Positions 62,835 through 64,000 of a stretch of DNA of 64,000 bases are shown here, one piece after another. The position numbers were made by a program, and so were the translations under genes. The notes beneath the pieces are model-generated. The model saw nothing but the letters and a program-made list of their open reading frames with translations, ran no database searches and was not told the origin of the DNA. The stretch lies in the IMG/VR virus record IMGVR_UViG_3300045988_131126. One strand, written 5' to 3'. How positions within the stretch are numbered: the first letter of the stretch is position 1; each line of letters opens with the position of its first letter. The DNA is from a virus.

Positions 62835-63998
62835 TTAAAATTCATCATCAATCTCTTTAGCTTTTTTATCCTCTGAAAGTTTATTAAAGAAATTAGCTTT
62901 ATCAATAACAGCTTTGTTCTTTTTCTGCGTTCCAATATCAAAGTTGCTATCATCATTGGCAAATGTCTTTTTCTGCATATTACCAAAGAATGTATCTTTA
63001 TCTTTATTTACCATTGCAGTCATTTTCTGATATTTATTATATACAGATTCTACTTCATCCATAGGCATTTTAGAGCCTGCAGAAATAAATGCAATGAATT
63101 GATCCATATCAGATTCATCCTGAATATGCTCAAATTTATCATAGCACTGACCAAATCTTTCAGTAAGAATATCATCATAATCAATATAATCTGTAGAGTC
63201 TTTCTTAATATTGATAATTACTGCCATTCTAGTCTGACTAGGTTCATCAACATCAAGAGTTTTAGAATTATCGATCATATCAATTACGATCTTTCTAAAC
63301 TGCTCTCTATTTTTAATCTTATCTTCAATTACAGCAGATTCAATAACCATATATCCATCTGTAGTAGAGATTTTAAGTAAATCTGTAGGGTCAATATTAT
63401 GATCAGAATCTCTTAACTGTAATCCGATAAGTACAGAAAGCTTTTTGCAGAAATCGATATCTGCTTTTTCTTCTGCTTTAATTCTATTATTATTGCATTC
63501 TGGAAGATATTTTTTAAGTTTAACTGCTTCTGTAGCGAAGTTATTCTGTAATTCTTGGAATATTTCTACAGTGTTCTTTGTTCCTCTTACATCTTCCTGG
63601 AATCCAATAAAGAGAAATACATGTACACTAATACCTAATACTTCTCTAATATATTTTGCAAGTAAAGGAGTAGAACCTGAACCGGTTCCACCTTCAGTAG
63701 AACTTACAAGAACTACTAATTCTGCTTGATCTTCTTTTCCAACACTCAAGAACTCTTCTAATGGAATTGTACCGTCCTGGATTGAATTAGCACATAAGTC
63801 GTAACTCATCTTTCTTTCCTTACCGCATCCGCCATAGCTATTGCTAAATTCGATAGCTGAGCCAGTGTAGTCTTTTGGAATATCTTTAAGAGTACTATTA
63901 ATCAGCATGGTATTTTCTACACTGATAATATCATTTCTAACTGCACAGATAGCAGCTTTGTTTCCTCCAGCACCAATTCCAATTAATTTTGTAATCAT
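62835..63998 (-). CDS. tubulin/FtsZ-superfamily GTPase (PhuZ/TubZ-like)
   Basis: 387 aa. IGIGAGGNKAA (FtsZ/tubulin T1 loop). SSTEGGTGSGSTPLLAKY (tubulin signature GGGTGSG, about 63669-63698). Acidic extreme C-terminus KEIDDEF. ATG at 63998, 2 nt from the window edge. Confidence 0.8.
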   Translation of the reverse strand: MITKLIGIGAGGNKAAICAVRNDIISVENTMLINSTLKDIPKDYTGSAIEFSNSYGGCGKERKMSYDLCANSIQDGTIPLEEFLSVGKEDQAELVVLVSSTEGGTGSGSTPLLAKYIREVLGISVHVFLFIGFQEDVRGTKNTVEIFQELQNNFATEAVKLKKYLPECNNNRIKAEEKADIDFCKKLSVLIGLQLRDSDHNIDPTDLLKISTTDGYMVIESAVIEDKIKNREQFRKIVIDMIDNSKTLDVDEPSQTRMAVIINIKKDSTDYIDYDDILTERFGQCYDKFEHIQDESDMDQFIAFISAGSKMPMDEVESVYNKYQKMTAMVNKDKDTFFGNMQKKTFANDDSNFDIGTQKKNKAVIDKANFFNKLSEDKKAKEIDDEF

Positions 63999-64000
63999 TT

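Noticed and set aside
3422-63729. About 45 short (60-140 aa) track ORFs nested antisense or out of frame inside long genes, for example 3422-3694, 7753-8166, 10774-11163, 22683-22928, 35482-35817, 45824-46150, 59306-59665 and 63099-63380.
   Set aside because: Each is fully contained in a much longer ORF that has recognisable motifs or an RBS. They lack RBSs and translate to Ile/Leu/Ser/Phe-rich low-complexity sequence.
1-64000. Alternative genetic code (stop-codon reassignment), as seen in some very large gut phages.
   Set aside because: Long uninterrupted ORFs with recognisable full-length motifs close on standard stops. Gene density is already near-complete under the standard code. Nothing requires recoding.

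Overview
Very AT-rich, densely coded DNA with strong GGAGG-type ribosome-binding sites and hairpin plus T-tract terminators. I read it as a segment of a large (jumbo-type) tailed phage of a low-GC host. All calls come from motif reading only; no database search was run.

Recognisable content:
- Replication and recombination: a family-B DNA polymerase split into two genes 19 kb apart (exonuclease + motif A at 40602-42539; motifs B/C at 19195-21315), an NAD-dependent DNA ligase, a RecA/UvsX-like recombinase, an SbcC/Rad50-like ATPase, an SF2 helicase, and a 1528-aa SNF2 helicase fusion.
- Transcription: fragments of a phage multisubunit RNA polymerase (beta N-half 51050-52813, beta C-half 57868-60156, beta-prime C-half 22150-24357).
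- Cytoskeleton: a PhuZ/TubZ-like tubulin (62835-63998).
- Virion and packaging: large terminase, putative tail sheath and tube, a gp25-like baseplate protein, and a possible portal.
- About 35 ORFs have no assignable function.

Signals most worth follow-up:
1. A short peptide motif, NP(I/F)YH or (L/I)(I/L)YHD, recurs on the termini of the polymerase, RNAP, ligase, helicase and several small proteins. Its codons vary synonymously.
2. A roughly 100-bp promoter-leader module is repeated at least four times. It carries a covarying 5' hairpin and drives unrelated small ORFs.
3. An ORF-less copy of that cassette lies upstream of the terminase gene and is a candidate sRNA.
4. An exact 15-mer, TTTTTTCTACGATAC, occurs four times, always just downstream of a gene's 3' end (three times directly on a terminator T-tract).
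5. A 750-bp ORF-free island (43650-44403) is packed with hairpins.
6. A 17-bp hairpin sequesters the Shine-Dalgarno sequence of the 778-aa structural gene.
7. A MazF/PemK-like toxin-fold gene is followed by two repeat-protein paralogues.
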